A stretch of 64,000 nt of DNA from a bacterium (GCA_024743255.1 JANSWY010000006.1:11610-75609); one strand, 5' to 3'; shown: positions 48,197 through 58,759, counted from the stretch's first letter. Notes: generated from the letters alone by a model not told the origin. Translations and numbers: made by a program.

Positions 48197-48555
48197 AGCC
48201 ATTCCTGATCATTGTTTGTCTTTTCATGCTCAACATCACCTGTATGAAGTGTGTTCTTTGGTTCAAATAGTAGACAAAACACTTCTTCATTGTTCTTAGT
48301 CTTTGGTAGATGCTCAACTCCTTTCGGAACAATGTACATCTCCCCCTCTCCTACTTCCACCGTTTTGTCCCTCATTTCCAGGATAAGAGTTCCTTTAAAA
48401 ACCATGAATAATTCATCTTCATTTTCATGGCTATGCCAGACTAGCTCACCCTGAAGTCTCGCTAGTTTAACATATTGACCATTTAGCTCTCCTACTATTC
48501 TAGGAGACCATTGTTCGGTGAATTTTCCGAAGTGCTCTAAAATGTCAATGCTCAT
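48193..48555 (-). CDS. Cupin-domain protein
   Basis: 120 aa with cupin motifs (…GELVWHSHENEDELFMV… GEMYIVPKGVEH). Confidence 0.55.
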   Translation of the reverse strand: MSIDILEHFGKFTEQWSPRIVGELNGQYVKLARLQGELVWHSHENEDELFMVFKGTLILEMRDKTVEVGEGEMYIVPKGVEHLPKTKNNEEVFCLLFEPKNTLHTGDVEHEKTNNDQEWL

Positions 48556-48690
48556 AAAATTCCTACATTTTTCAAATTCAAATAGAATGAAGAATGGTAT
48601 TAACGAAAATATTTAACATCAGTTTTAGGGGGGAATAATCTGACAGAAGTCTTAAGGCAAAGAATTTCTCATCTTCCATCATATCTGTTG

Positions 48691-48719
48691 AAGGCATCAC
48701 GTTTGTTGATGCCTTTTTT
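48691..48719 (+). terminator. Orphan plus-strand Rho-independent terminator
   Basis: aaggcatca-cgtttgt-tgatgcctt perfect 9-bp stem followed by T6. No annotated plus-strand gene lies upstream. Confidence 0.5.
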
Positions 48720-48724
48720 ATGCC

Positions 48725-48755
48725 AAAAACCACCTCTATTTCGCAATAGAGGTGG
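48725..48755 (-). terminator. Minus-strand Rho-independent terminator
   Basis: ccacctctatt-tcgc-aatagaggtgg, 11-bp perfect stem. Preceded on the plus strand by A5, which is T5 after the stem on the minus strand. Confidence 0.5.
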
Positions 48756-49032
48756 CGGCTGGTGTGTTAATTAAAAAAAGCTGATATACCTCTTCAACTT
48801 TTTTCGCAGATAGCTGAATAAAAAACCTTTTAAATCTGACTATTTGCGTGTTAGTTTAATCATGTTTGTTGCGCCTTAACCAGCCGCCATCTCATTGTGC
48901 CTAAACGGCTAATTATGCTTCAAATATGGTACTTGTATTGTGAGTGTCGAAATTTGATGTGTAAACGACAGGATTCATGAGTGAACGACACGAAAAAACA
49001 TGTGAATGAATATGAGGTTTTCAGGTAGTAGG

Positions 49033-49809
49033 TTACCTCATAAAAGCCTGAAGAAAATCCGCTTTCTTTTTAGGTGCTACTTCAAGTTCTTTTTCATTCT
49101 CCATTGTGACATATCCTCCTTTTCCTTTCGTATATCTAATGACATAGTGAAGGTTAATCATGTGGGATCGGTGAATCCTAATAAATGGCTCATCAGTTAA
49201 CGTTTCCTCAAAATATTTAAGAGTTCTGCAAATCAGCAATTCTCTTTTATCTGCTAAATGAAACCTAGTAAAATTATCATCAGCCTCGCAATAAATGATA
49301 TCTGAAATGGATACAATTTCAAACCCCTCCATGGTAGGTAGCATGATTTTTTTGGGTTTATCACCTTCCTTGAGATTATCCAATAAAATCTTTGCATGGA
49401 GAATAGGGTCTTCTTGATTTAGTTCAGTAGAGATCTTTTCTACAGCCGCTATAAGCTCCTCAATATCAATTGGTTTAAGTAAATAATAAGCTGCACTTTG
49501 GTTCAAGGCTTTGACGGCATAATTGTCATATGCAGTCACAAAGACGGTTTCAAAATTAACATTGCCTACCTGATCCAGTAAGTCAAACCCATTCCCATAT
49601 GGCATTTCAATATCCAGAAATACGATTTTAGGTTGGTGTTTTGATATTGCTTCCAGACCTGATTTTACGGAATCACATTTCGCCAGCAGCTCTACCTGAG
49701 GGCAATACTTATCGAGATATCTGGAAAGAATGTCTCTACTATCCTGTTCATCATCTACTAAAATGGCTGGAAATTTATTCATGATGGTTGGTATTTTGTG
49801 GTAATTCAA
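49033..49809 (-). CDS. LytTR-family response regulator
   Basis: REC (ILVDDEQDSRDIL…FLDIEMPYGNG) plus LytTR domain. Confidence 0.8.
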   Translation of the reverse strand: MNYHKIPTIMNKFPAILVDDEQDSRDILSRYLDKYCPQVELLAKCDSVKSGLEAISKHQPKIVFLDIEMPYGNGFDLLDQVGNVNFETVFVTAYDNYAVKALNQSAAYYLLKPIDIEELIAAVEKISTELNQEDPILHAKILLDNLKEGDKPKKIMLPTMEGFEIVSISDIIYCEADDNFTRFHLADKRELLICRTLKYFEETLTDEPFIRIHRSHMINLHYVIRYTKGKGGYVTMENEKELEVAPKKKADFLQAFMR

Positions 49810-51739
49810 TAGTTACCAACGTTCCCTCATGTTCATTTAGATCACTCACTGAAACGTTGTAATTCTTGTGATATACTTTATTGATTATTGACACTCTCTC
49901 CTGAGTATTACTAATTCCAGTTGATTTATGGCTTTTCTGATTCGTAGTTTTCAGTTCAGCTGATTTCTTTCTTCCGATACCATTATCTGCTATTTCAACG
50001 ATGATTTTCTGATCTTTCAAAGAGAATCTAACATCCAATTGACCAATCTCCTCTTTATATCTTAATCCATGCCATATGGCGTTTTCAATATATGGCTGAA
50101 TTAGCATTGGCGGTATCTCAACACTATCCAATGTTATTTCATCGTCTACTTCAAACGTGTAATTGAATTTATCCCGGAACCTGTTGTGCTCTAGTTTCAG
50201 ATAAAGTGATATAATTTCCTGTTCCTCTGCAAGGGTAATGAAGTCCTTTTGTGAGTTATCCAATACGAGTCTCATCAGTTTTGAGAAGTCTGAGAGGAAC
50301 TTGTTTGCGGCCCTTTCGTCATTCACTGCGATGAATTGATTTACAGAATTCAAGGCATTAAATATGAAATGAGGATTCATTTGTGAGCGCAAGGACTTAA
50401 GAGCTAGCATTTCGCTCATAGTTTTACTTTTCCTGGCGTTTTTCAGAATAAAATACACCGAAATAAATGCTCCAAAAAGAAGAAAAAGTAATCCATATAT
50501 AGCTATTCGCTGGAGAAACAGTTGGTTTTCCTGAAGGTTGTATCTGCTCTCATCCAGAGCCAATTCACTGGAAAGTGAAAAGATATCTTGTTGTTTCTTC
50601 AAAATACCTTCCTTCTCTTGCTGCTGTAAAATCCTTTGTTGTTCAACTTCATTAATGGCTTGCCGGTAATTTCGATAAGCTTCAACCGATTCTTCGGTAT
50701 TTCCAGCTTCGAAATAGGCGTCACCCAAAGCCTCAAAAGCAGAGGCCCTTTCCACTGGATCGCTACTCTTTGAAGCAAGGACAGCAGCGTCTTCCAATTC
50801 CTTTATTGCAGCTGACGTATTACCAATATCTATTAAAGTCTTGCTGAGAGCGACTTTTTCCTTTGACACTTCCTTTGATCTACCCCTGCTACTATTGTCA
50901 GCAATAGATTGGTTTCTTAGTTGAATTTCTTCATCCACTCTATTTTGCCTGCTGTAGGCATTGATCAATTCTTCTTTGGTTTCTTCCAATGAGACTTCAT
51001 TCAAAGTATTTTGAACTCCAATTGAATCCAATGCAATGTTGAATGATTGACTCTGTTGATAGAAATCCACAGCCTCATCTACGTTATCCTGCTGTGCTAA
51101 CAACTTTGCCCTTATTGCTTGAGAGCGTATTTGAAGAATTTGTAATGATTCCTTTGAAATAATGTCATCTGCATTGTCCAAGGAACCCTCAGTATTCTCA
51201 TAGTTACCAGCTTTTAAATGATTGTCTGCCAAGTCCAGGTAAGTAGATGCTTTGTCTTCAGAAATGTCAACAGCATTTAGTTTTTTATCAAGAACGCTAA
51301 TAGCATCTGAATAGCGCTCCAACTGCTCATATGAATTTGCCATTCCGCTGAGTGCTTCCACGTATTGCAAACTTTCAGGGAAAGATGACTCCAGAATAAT
51401 CAATGCTGATTGATAACTATTAACCGATAAATCCCATTCTTCAATGTTCTGATTGATACTTCCCAACAATAAGTAACACTTAGCTTCCTGAAGTTTATCT
51501 TCATCAGTAATACTTATTGCCAAGGCCTCCTGTACCTTGTCGAGCGCTACAGAATTGTTGTTTCCCATCAACTCAGAAGCCTCCTCAAGCAACTGATCCA
51601 CGGATCGGTCGAGCCGGATGTTCCTTTTGGAAATACTGTTGTAGTTTTGGCTCCTCTCCAGCTTCTTGCTCTTTTGTGCAGTTAGCAGAAAGGGTAAAAC
51701 CAGGAAACTACTTATTAATATGAGTTTTAAACACTTCAT
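49775..51739 (-). CDS. TPR-repeat LytS-type sensor histidine kinase
   Basis: Signal peptide, TPR-like repeats, one TM helix, H-box MNPHFIFNALNSVNQF, HATPase region. Confidence 0.7.
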   Translation of the reverse strand: MKCLKLILISSFLVLPFLLTAQKSKKLERSQNYNSISKRNIRLDRSVDQLLEEASELMGNNNSVALDKVQEALAISITDEDKLQEAKCYLLLGSINQNIEEWDLSVNSYQSALIILESSFPESLQYVEALSGMANSYEQLERYSDAISVLDKKLNAVDISEDKASTYLDLADNHLKAGNYENTEGSLDNADDIISKESLQILQIRSQAIRAKLLAQQDNVDEAVDFYQQSQSFNIALDSIGVQNTLNEVSLEETKEELINAYSRQNRVDEEIQLRNQSIADNSSRGRSKEVSKEKVALSKTLIDIGNTSAAIKELEDAAVLASKSSDPVERASAFEALGDAYFEAGNTEESVEAYRNYRQAINEVEQQRILQQQEKEGILKKQQDIFSLSSELALDESRYNLQENQLFLQRIAIYGLLFLLFGAFISVYFILKNARKSKTMSEMLALKSLRSQMNPHFIFNALNSVNQFIAVNDERAANKFLSDFSKLMRLVLDNSQKDFITLAEEQEIISLYLKLEHNRFRDKFNYTFEVDDEITLDSVEIPPMLIQPYIENAIWHGLRYKEEIGQLDVRFSLKDQKIIVEIADNGIGRKKSAELKTTNQKSHKSTGISNTQERVSIINKVYHKNYNVSVSDLNEHEGTLVTIELPQNTNHHE

Positions 51740-51931
51740 AATTGCTTATACGGGCAATTTAACAATATATATACACAAGCAAAGGAGTGTTTACCAGCCG
51801 TATAACCACCTTCACCAATTGACCTTGCCTCCTTACTTAGTGAAATGGGCTCCTCACTAATTCCAGACATTTTTTTCCCGATTATCACGTGAAATTAGAT
51901 GTAACAATTTGAGAAACTAAAGTCCAAAAAC

Positions 51932-53104
51932 ATGAACTCTAAACCAATCACATACATAAGATACGGAACTTTCGTACTATTCTTCTTCTTAGGAATTAGC
52001 TGCAGCTCATCATATTCCCATCCAGAGCAGGTTCAGCAGACCAATCAAAAAGAAATTGAATCAAACAAACAAAAAATTATGTTGGCACTATTGCTTGACA
52101 CATCCAATAGTATGGATGGTCTGATCGATCAGGCAAAGTCCCAATTATGGACCATTGTCAATGAATTAGCCGCTGCAAAAAGTGAAGATGGAGAAAGGCC
52201 TGATGTGGAGATTGCATTGTTCGAGTATGGAAATGATGGCCTTCCTTCTTCCGAAGGGTATATCAGAATGGTAACAAACCTCACCACTGATTTAGATGAA
52301 ATTTCAGAAAACCTGTTTAAACTCACTACGAACGGTGGCGATGAATATTGCGGTCAGGTAATTAAAAAGTCCATTGATAAGCTGGATTGGTCAGAATCTA
52401 AAGCTGATCTTAAGATGATTTTTATTGCTGGAAACGAACCATTCACACAAGGTAAGGTAGCTTATACTACGGCTTGTAGTCTGGCAAAGGATAATGACAT
52501 TGTAGTCAATACAATTTTCTGTGGAAATCACGACGAAGGGATCAGTACTTCATGGAAAAAAGGTGCAACACTTACAGGGGGATCATATATGAGTATAGAG
52601 CAGGATAGAAAGACGGTGTATGTTAAAACACCTTATGATGATAAAATCGATAAGCTGAATGATGATTTGAATAAGACATACATCTATTACGGTTCTCAAG
52701 GACGCTCGAAAAAAGAAATGCAGATGTTACAAGATAGCAATGCTGAATCTTACAGTCAGGCCAACAAAGTGAAACGAGCAATATCTAAAAGCTCGCATGT
52801 TTACAAAAATAGCAGCTGGGATTTAGTGGATGCTGCGAAAGATGATGATAAGGCTATAGAAGAAGCTGATGAACGTTACTTACCAGAAGAAATGAAAGGT
52901 ATGACTACAGCACAAAGGAAAGCCTATGTTACCACACAGGCTACTAAAAGAAAGCTATTACAAAAAGAAATCCTTGAACTAAGCACCAAGAGAAAGCAAT
53001 ACATCACTGAAAACCAACCAGTTGATAACGAAGGAATGTTAGACGATGCGATGATCAACTCCATCAAAGAAGTAGCTGCCACCAAGCAATTAATATTTGA
53101 CTAA
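51932..53104 (+). CDS. von Willebrand factor A (vWA) domain lipoprotein
   Basis: Signal/lipobox GISCS. MIDAS motif LLLDTSNSMDG. Confidence 0.55.
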   Translation: MNSKPITYIRYGTFVLFFFLGISCSSSYSHPEQVQQTNQKEIESNKQKIMLALLLDTSNSMDGLIDQAKSQLWTIVNELAAAKSEDGERPDVEIALFEYGNDGLPSSEGYIRMVTNLTTDLDEISENLFKLTTNGGDEYCGQVIKKSIDKLDWSESKADLKMIFIAGNEPFTQGKVAYTTACSLAKDNDIVVNTIFCGNHDEGISTSWKKGATLTGGSYMSIEQDRKTVYVKTPYDDKIDKLNDDLNKTYIYYGSQGRSKKEMQMLQDSNAESYSQANKVKRAISKSSHVYKNSSWDLVDAAKDDDKAIEEADERYLPEEMKGMTTAQRKAYVTTQATKRKLLQKEILELSTKRKQYITENQPVDNEGMLDDAMINSIKEVAATKQLIFD

Positions 53105-53129
53105 CTCCACATAACCAAGACTGTCAAAC

Positions 53130-53166
53130 AAGGGTGAAGTGAACATAAACTTCACCCTTTTTTTGT
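53130..53166 (+). terminator. Rho-independent terminator
   Basis: gggtgaagtgaacataaacttcaccc hairpin followed by tttttttg. Confidence 0.6.
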
Positions 53167-53272
53167 TAAAAAAATATAAATCTTAAAAACCTACTTGCAT
53201 ATTAATTGTATTTCATAGTACTTTGTATTTCAAAGTACTTTTATAAAACAAATGAGAATTTGGCCATAAATT

Positions 53273-53722
53273 ATGCACAAGCTGAAGAGAATAGCTACAA
53301 AATATCTACCATCAACTCTGTTTTTAGTTTTTATAGGTTGGATTATTTACGATGCGGATCTAGGAAGGGATAACCTATTTCTTTCCATTGGTGAAAAAGT
53401 GCCTTTCGGTGATAAGTTTGGTCACTTTTTCATCTTTGGATTGCTCTGTTATTTGGTTAACCATATCTTCAATAAAAAGAGTTTGAAAATATTCAATGCC
53501 AAAGTCTATCTGGCCAGCATTCTAGTTTTGAGCTTTGCTATACTTGAAGAATTCACACAGCTGGCATTTGAAGACCGGAATTTTGATGTGTTTGATATGA
53601 TATGTGATGTTTTCGGAGTAGCAGCATTTACAATTCTATATAATATTAAGGAAATGCTTATTCGAATTCCCAAACCGGTTTGGAAAAGAATTAGAAGGGA
53701 AATGTTGAGAGGTCTCTATTAA
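53273..53722 (+). CDS. VanZ-family membrane protein
   Basis: 4-TM, 149 aa, GDKFGHFFIFGLL motif. Confidence 0.55.
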   Translation: MHKLKRIATKYLPSTLFLVFIGWIIYDADLGRDNLFLSIGEKVPFGDKFGHFFIFGLLCYLVNHIFNKKSLKIFNAKVYLASILVLSFAILEEFTQLAFEDRNFDVFDMICDVFGVAAFTILYNIKEMLIRIPKPVWKRIRREMLRGLY

Positions 53723-53725
53723 TAT

Positions 53726-54526
53726 TTAATTTGTAACGATTGGAATATTATCACCTTTTAACCAATGTTTCATCAATTCTTCATTTCGAGTAATTGCCCC
53801 CAGATAATAATCAAAAGAATAATAGAATGCCTCTGAATAACTAGCTAGTTCAATTACCACCTCATTTGGAAATCCATAATTAGAGTGAAGGAAGAACACC
53901 TCTCCCATAGTATAATATATAAACCCAACATGATTGCTAAGGCCAACAATGTACAGACCTTCAGGTAACAACTTGATCTTTTCAATTACGTCTGCGGACT
54001 GCACACTACGAAAAGCATGATATTCATTCTTTCCTACTACAGTTTTCACTTCATGCAAAGAAGCTTGTTGCGCCATTTTATAACGATTCCAATTAATCCC
54101 CATATGTTTCATAGTAGTTGAAACAAAATAACCGCAAGCGATAAATCCTTCATTAGGCTTATCGGTGTACCCGTCAAAATCCCATGGTGTACCATACCAA
54201 TGTGGAATAATGGAATTGACAAGCGTTTGTTCAAAGTAGCGGCTTACTGAATCAATTGTGATCTCACCAGATTCATACAAGGCTTTCATCTTTAAACGGT
54301 CTTGATCGATTTTGGCCTTTAAGGAATTGTAGGAGCCTTCCGGTGCATCAATTATGATGTTATATTTTTCAAAATTGACTTCTTCGAATTCTGGTTTTGG
54401 CGTGTAAGATTGATGATTTGAAAAATCTACCTGGGCCCAAAATGCTTCGATAGAATCAGTTTGGGCCTTCGCCATAGTAACTACGAGTAACAAAAGGACC
54501 AGAGAGAGGTGTGGTTCTTTACGCAT
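53726..54526 (-). CDS. Hypothetical secreted protein
   Basis: Signal peptide MRKEPHLSLVLLLLVVTMAKAQ. No domain recognised. Confidence 0.35.
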   Translation of the reverse strand: MRKEPHLSLVLLLLVVTMAKAQTDSIEAFWAQVDFSNHQSYTPKPEFEEVNFEKYNIIIDAPEGSYNSLKAKIDQDRLKMKALYESGEITIDSVSRYFEQTLVNSIIPHWYGTPWDFDGYTDKPNEGFIACGYFVSTTMKHMGINWNRYKMAQQASLHEVKTVVGKNEYHAFRSVQSADVIEKIKLLPEGLYIVGLSNHVGFIYYTMGEVFFLHSNYGFPNEVVIELASYSEAFYYSFDYYLGAITRNEELMKHWLKGDNIPIVTN

Positions 54527-54798
54527 AACACAATAAAATCGAGTTTACAAAATAAGTAGGCTCAGGTAGGGATTACTCACATAACGTGCTTTGAAGTTTC
54601 TTTATTGAATAAAGACCTAATTATGAGGATCAAAGAAATCCATTTTGGTCTTTTCATACTGAAGATGTGTTGTGTAGCGGTTTGAGATTTTGTTAAAGTT
54701 TGCATCTTAAGTTTTTTGATTTTCAACTATAGGATGCAGGTGGAATTGGGATTCCATAAAACTTTAATAAAAAAGAAAAATATTTTTTCTATGACCTA

Positions 54799-56115
54799 TT
54801 AGAAAAGCATCATTATATCTTGTATCACAACAAATACCATCAAGCCAATTATTAAAACAAATGGTACCAGACGAACCTTTCTAAAAGCGGCTGCACTCAT
54901 GGCCCTTTTGCTAAAAAACTCATATATAAGTGGAATAACTTCCATGATTGCTGCTTTAGGAATAGGTAGAAGATTATAGAATAATGTGATCATAAGAAAT
55001 AAGCCAGTTATTCTCAAAAAACGAATCCAATCAATCCCGTCTTTTCCACCATATATCTTAGCAATTGATATAGGGCCATTTACATTTTTTCTTGGATCTA
55101 CGTCACCAACAAACATTATTCTAAGTGCCCGAACATTTACATATATAATTGAAAATGCTTCCTTCGTCCCATGAAAACATGCTTGTAGAACTGATCTTTG
55201 AACCGACTCAGGTTCAATCAATCTATTAATGAAAAATCCAATTTTCCCATCTTCATCAACCAAAACATCTAATTCCAAAACTTCACCAGATCGGTTAATA
55301 GTTAATTTCGCTGTATCTAATGATTTTTCTTCAAGTATTTCACTGAAAGGTGGCAATCCAGCTACAGGACTATTGTCAATCTCGATAATTTTATCACCCT
55401 TTTCAAGACCTGCGATTGCGGCATTTGTGTACTCCGGAACCATTCCTACTTCAAATGGATAATTGAGTTCAAAGACAGATCGATAACCATGGTCTAACCC
55501 CGAGCCATCAAAAGTAATTTCCAAAGTATCGGTTCCTCTTAATATGGTATAATTAGCCCTGTTTGAATTAATAACATGTGGTGAAATCAGGTCATCAAAC
55601 CTTTCGTATTCTTCACCATTCAACTTTATAACCTTATCACCACTTTTGAACCCAACCTCTTTGCCAAATTCTCCCGGGTGAATACCCATATCGATTGTAT
55701 GGGCCCGAGAATAATACGTGTCTTTTGTTAGGTAGGAAAGCACAACAAATATTAAAACACCAATGAATAAAGAGGCTATCATTCCTCCAAATGTCGCAAT
55801 TAACCTCTTCCAGATTGGAGTCTCATGGAATTCCCAAGGCAACCCCAGTTTGTGCTTTTCTCCATCTACGACAGCATACAATTTTGCTAACCAGGGAAGA
55901 GGAATAAAAAATCCCACAGATACTTCAACTCCCTTGTATTTAAAGCCAAAAAGCTTTTTCCCGAATCCCAGAAATATGTGTTCATCAATTGTATAGAACC
56001 AAAACGAGAATAACAATCTTCCCAAAAAATAGACGGTTCCTAAAATGGAGATTCCAAGAAGATATTGAATTACAAGTATTGTAGAGTCTGACATTGGCAA
56101 TGAAATTTGCCACAA
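54799..56115 (-). CDS. RseP-family (site-2 protease, M50) homolog with both zinc-binding motifs replaced; two PDZ domains
   Basis: GPISIAK block is identical to E. coli RseP. An ungapped alignment places TVYFLGR where RseP has TVHEFGH, 21 residues before the conserved GFGK. NLLPIPKAAIMEV sits where RseP has NLFPLPVLDGGHL. Two PDZ-like segments (GDKVIKLNGEEY, GDKIIEIDNSPVAG). Confidence 0.6.
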   Translation of the reverse strand: MWQISLPMSDSTILVIQYLLGISILGTVYFLGRLLFSFWFYTIDEHIFLGFGKKLFGFKYKGVEVSVGFFIPLPWLAKLYAVVDGEKHKLGLPWEFHETPIWKRLIATFGGMIASLFIGVLIFVVLSYLTKDTYYSRAHTIDMGIHPGEFGKEVGFKSGDKVIKLNGEEYERFDDLISPHVINSNRANYTILRGTDTLEITFDGSGLDHGYRSVFELNYPFEVGMVPEYTNAAIAGLEKGDKIIEIDNSPVAGLPPFSEILEEKSLDTAKLTINRSGEVLELDVLVDEDGKIGFFINRLIEPESVQRSVLQACFHGTKEAFSIIYVNVRALRIMFVGDVDPRKNVNGPISIAKIYGGKDGIDWIRFLRITGLFLMITLFYNLLPIPKAAIMEVIPLIYEFFSKRAMSAAAFRKVRLVPFVLIIGLMVFVVIQDIMMLF

Positions 56116-56133
56116 TGATAGTAAAAGTTTAAA

Positions 56134-57651
56134 TCAATCCTGCATCACTCTGACAGCTTCCAATCCACTATCAACAGCTTCCATCAAAATAGGTAACCTG
56201 GCATTATCTACCCCGGCAAAGGCGATCTTATTTTTAGCAGTTTCAATGTTTACATTTCTAAACAAATGTCCAGGTTTAGGTATTGCCATAGCATGTCCCA
56301 TAGCATTGATCAATACCGATTCTAGTCTTGGTTCTATTGATTCACCAAAGTAGGCGTCCAGGTATGACATTGTTTTCTGAACGATGACTTCTTTATTTTC
56401 AGAAACCTTGGATGCAAACTCTCTTTGGCCAGAAGGTAAGCAGTAATAAGCTGTCAGTACTTGTTTATCCTGAATCTTCCTATGTTGAACGTTTGAATTG
56501 ATGAATCCCAGGAATGATTGATCATCCACAATCATTTCATTTTGCCAGAAACCAAAATCATCAAATGGTTTGTGGAGCACAAAATTCATGACAAGCCATG
56601 GAGCGTATTCATTGTTAAAAAACAGTGGAGCATATTCCGGAGCAATAAACTTCAAAGCATGCTTCTGACCAGCATAAATTACCTTATCGCTTATTACCTT
56701 CTTGATCGTTCTATTTTGAACATCAATCACTTCAGCAATCCATTTCTCCCCTTCCCTCTCTAGTGATTTTACCACATGTCCGGTCAATAGCTGCTCTTTG
56801 GATATTCCATTTGACATTTTGTCAATGAAATAACTATTCCCTTGAGGTGGTGAAAAGAGCTGAACTATCTCCTTATAGTATGGCCGGCATTTGAAATAAT
56901 GTATTCCAGCTAATGCGCTGACCTGACTTGCTGTTCCTCCCCAATCATCTAGCATATGATAATCCAGACCCCTGATGAACGAGTCAGACAGCTTAATTTT
57001 CTCTTTTAAAAAATCTATGAAAGTAACATCATTCAGATAATGCAACGATTCGTCAACCAAACGAGTGGGCATTACCATTTGATCACTGAATTCGTCCATT
57101 AGTTTCAGAAAATCATCTTTTATTGGGCCTTCCTCTAATACATCCGCCCTAAATGTTCCATGATCGAAGCACTTATTTTTGATTCCGTCTGGGACCACAT
57201 ATTGTTCATCTGTAAAGGCCCAACTGTGCTTCCATGGTTGATGGTAAATAATGTCCTTCTCTTCGAATAGAGATAGGATATCATCACCATAGTTCTCAGG
57301 ATACTCCAAATCATAATGAGCCCCCTGAGCTATTTTCATATCGTTATAGTTAGCTGATGCAGATGTACCTCCAAGGCGACTTGAAAGCTCGCACAACACA
57401 AAATCTTTTCCCTTAATGGAAGCCGCAGCGCTAATTCCCGCTATTCCACCACCAACAATCAAATATTCTGTTTCTATACTAGATCCCACTGGTATTGAAT
57501 AATCTCCAAACACCATGTGGCCTGAGTTCATATCATTGAAAATTTGGATATCACCATTAAACCCTTGCTGATTATTAATATCACAAGACTGGAGAATTGC
57601 CGGTAATGTTGGAAAGGCTGCCGCCAACTTTAGAAAATATCTTCTATCCAC
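56134..57651 (-). CDS. Tat-exported FAD-dependent oxidoreductase (amine-oxidase-like)
   Basis: Twin-arginine signal MDRRYFLKLAAAFPTLPAIL. Rossmann dinucleotide motif YLIVGGGIAGISAA. Flavin amine-oxidase-like size (505 aa). Confidence 0.5.
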   Translation of the reverse strand: MDRRYFLKLAAAFPTLPAILQSCDINNQQGFNGDIQIFNDMNSGHMVFGDYSIPVGSSIETEYLIVGGGIAGISAAASIKGKDFVLCELSSRLGGTSASANYNDMKIAQGAHYDLEYPENYGDDILSLFEEKDIIYHQPWKHSWAFTDEQYVVPDGIKNKCFDHGTFRADVLEEGPIKDDFLKLMDEFSDQMVMPTRLVDESLHYLNDVTFIDFLKEKIKLSDSFIRGLDYHMLDDWGGTASQVSALAGIHYFKCRPYYKEIVQLFSPPQGNSYFIDKMSNGISKEQLLTGHVVKSLEREGEKWIAEVIDVQNRTIKKVISDKVIYAGQKHALKFIAPEYAPLFFNNEYAPWLVMNFVLHKPFDDFGFWQNEMIVDDQSFLGFINSNVQHRKIQDKQVLTAYYCLPSGQREFASKVSENKEVIVQKTMSYLDAYFGESIEPRLESVLINAMGHAMAIPKPGHLFRNVNIETAKNKIAFAGVDNARLPILMEAVDSGLEAVRVMQD

Positions 57652-58759
57652 TTATCAATACTTTTTTAACATAAGGGTTCTTGTCATTCCCTTTCCATAT
57701 GAATCCATCTAATATGTAATGAGTTGCCTGAGGAATTGTTAACAAAGCAATCCCAGCTGCCTGAAGCCAAGGATTAGATAGGGCCTCTTTAGTAAGAGGC
57801 AAAACACTTCCAAAAAACGCTTCATTGTCCCTGTAAATCCATGCATCCCAGAGATATTCTTCTCCGAAGGCCAGAATCAATATGACCAATAACATCATTG
57901 ATACATGAACGATTACCGGACCAGGCTTTATGGTTCTCTTTTCCTCTTTGATCAATTTCTTTCTTTCGACATAAAAAAACACCAGCGCCATGTATGGCAG
58001 ACCATGTGCTACCACATTTGTTAAGGTGAATACGAGATCAGAGTTAAAGAATACGATTCCTATATACCAATTTCCCGCAGTAGTCAACAGCCACAGGATT
58101 TTGCCCCATGGAATATTAGTTTGATTTGCGCGAATTTCCTGAACAACCCACCATATCAAGAATCCCCAATAAATGATATTAGCTACTAATGTTATTTGAT
58201 AAAATAGCTGTTCGGATACCAATTTGTCAAGCAAAAAGAAATCTCCTTCAACAAACCATTCAAATTCTCTTGCCGGACTAAGATGCCAGTAAATCACTGG
58301 GTACAACATGGATAAGTAGATCATCCATTCGTCCTTGAGTATCTGTTTATGTCCTGATTTGTGTTTTGCTTTATAGATTCTTAAAAATCCATATTGTTGC
58401 TTTATGAAATGGTAAAGAGCCAAATATGCCAATATCGACCAGAATAGCATTTGCGAATAGCTGGCAACAAGAAACACAACCAGGAAAACTAATATTGGAG
58501 ACATTATTAGTAGTCTCTTATGTTGTCCAAATTCTTCTTTATCCAGGTAAGTCCTGAAAATAGTACTCCAAACATGGCTTACATCTATTCCAACCACAAC
58601 TACTACCCAAACCCATATAGCCACATCAGCTTGCAAAGTTTCGGATGGAAGCACAAAACAAACCAACCACACGACCCACACAGGAACAAACAATAGCAAA
58701 ATATCGATTGACCTTCCAAAAAGCCATATGTTTTTATTTGAACTCATTAAAATGCCCAA
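57644..58759 (-). CDS. Hypothetical Trp-rich polytopic membrane protein
   Basis: 371 aa, roughly 9 TM helices. Overlaps both flanking genes, so it is operonic. Confidence 0.4.
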   Translation of the reverse strand: MGILMSSNKNIWLFGRSIDILLLFVPVWVVWLVCFVLPSETLQADVAIWVWVVVVVGIDVSHVWSTIFRTYLDKEEFGQHKRLLIMSPILVFLVVFLVASYSQMLFWSILAYLALYHFIKQQYGFLRIYKAKHKSGHKQILKDEWMIYLSMLYPVIYWHLSPAREFEWFVEGDFFLLDKLVSEQLFYQITLVANIIYWGFLIWWVVQEIRANQTNIPWGKILWLLTTAGNWYIGIVFFNSDLVFTLTNVVAHGLPYMALVFFYVERKKLIKEEKRTIKPGPVIVHVSMMLLVILILAFGEEYLWDAWIYRDNEAFFGSVLPLTKEALSNPWLQAAGIALLTIPQATHYILDGFIWKGNDKNPYVKKVLISG

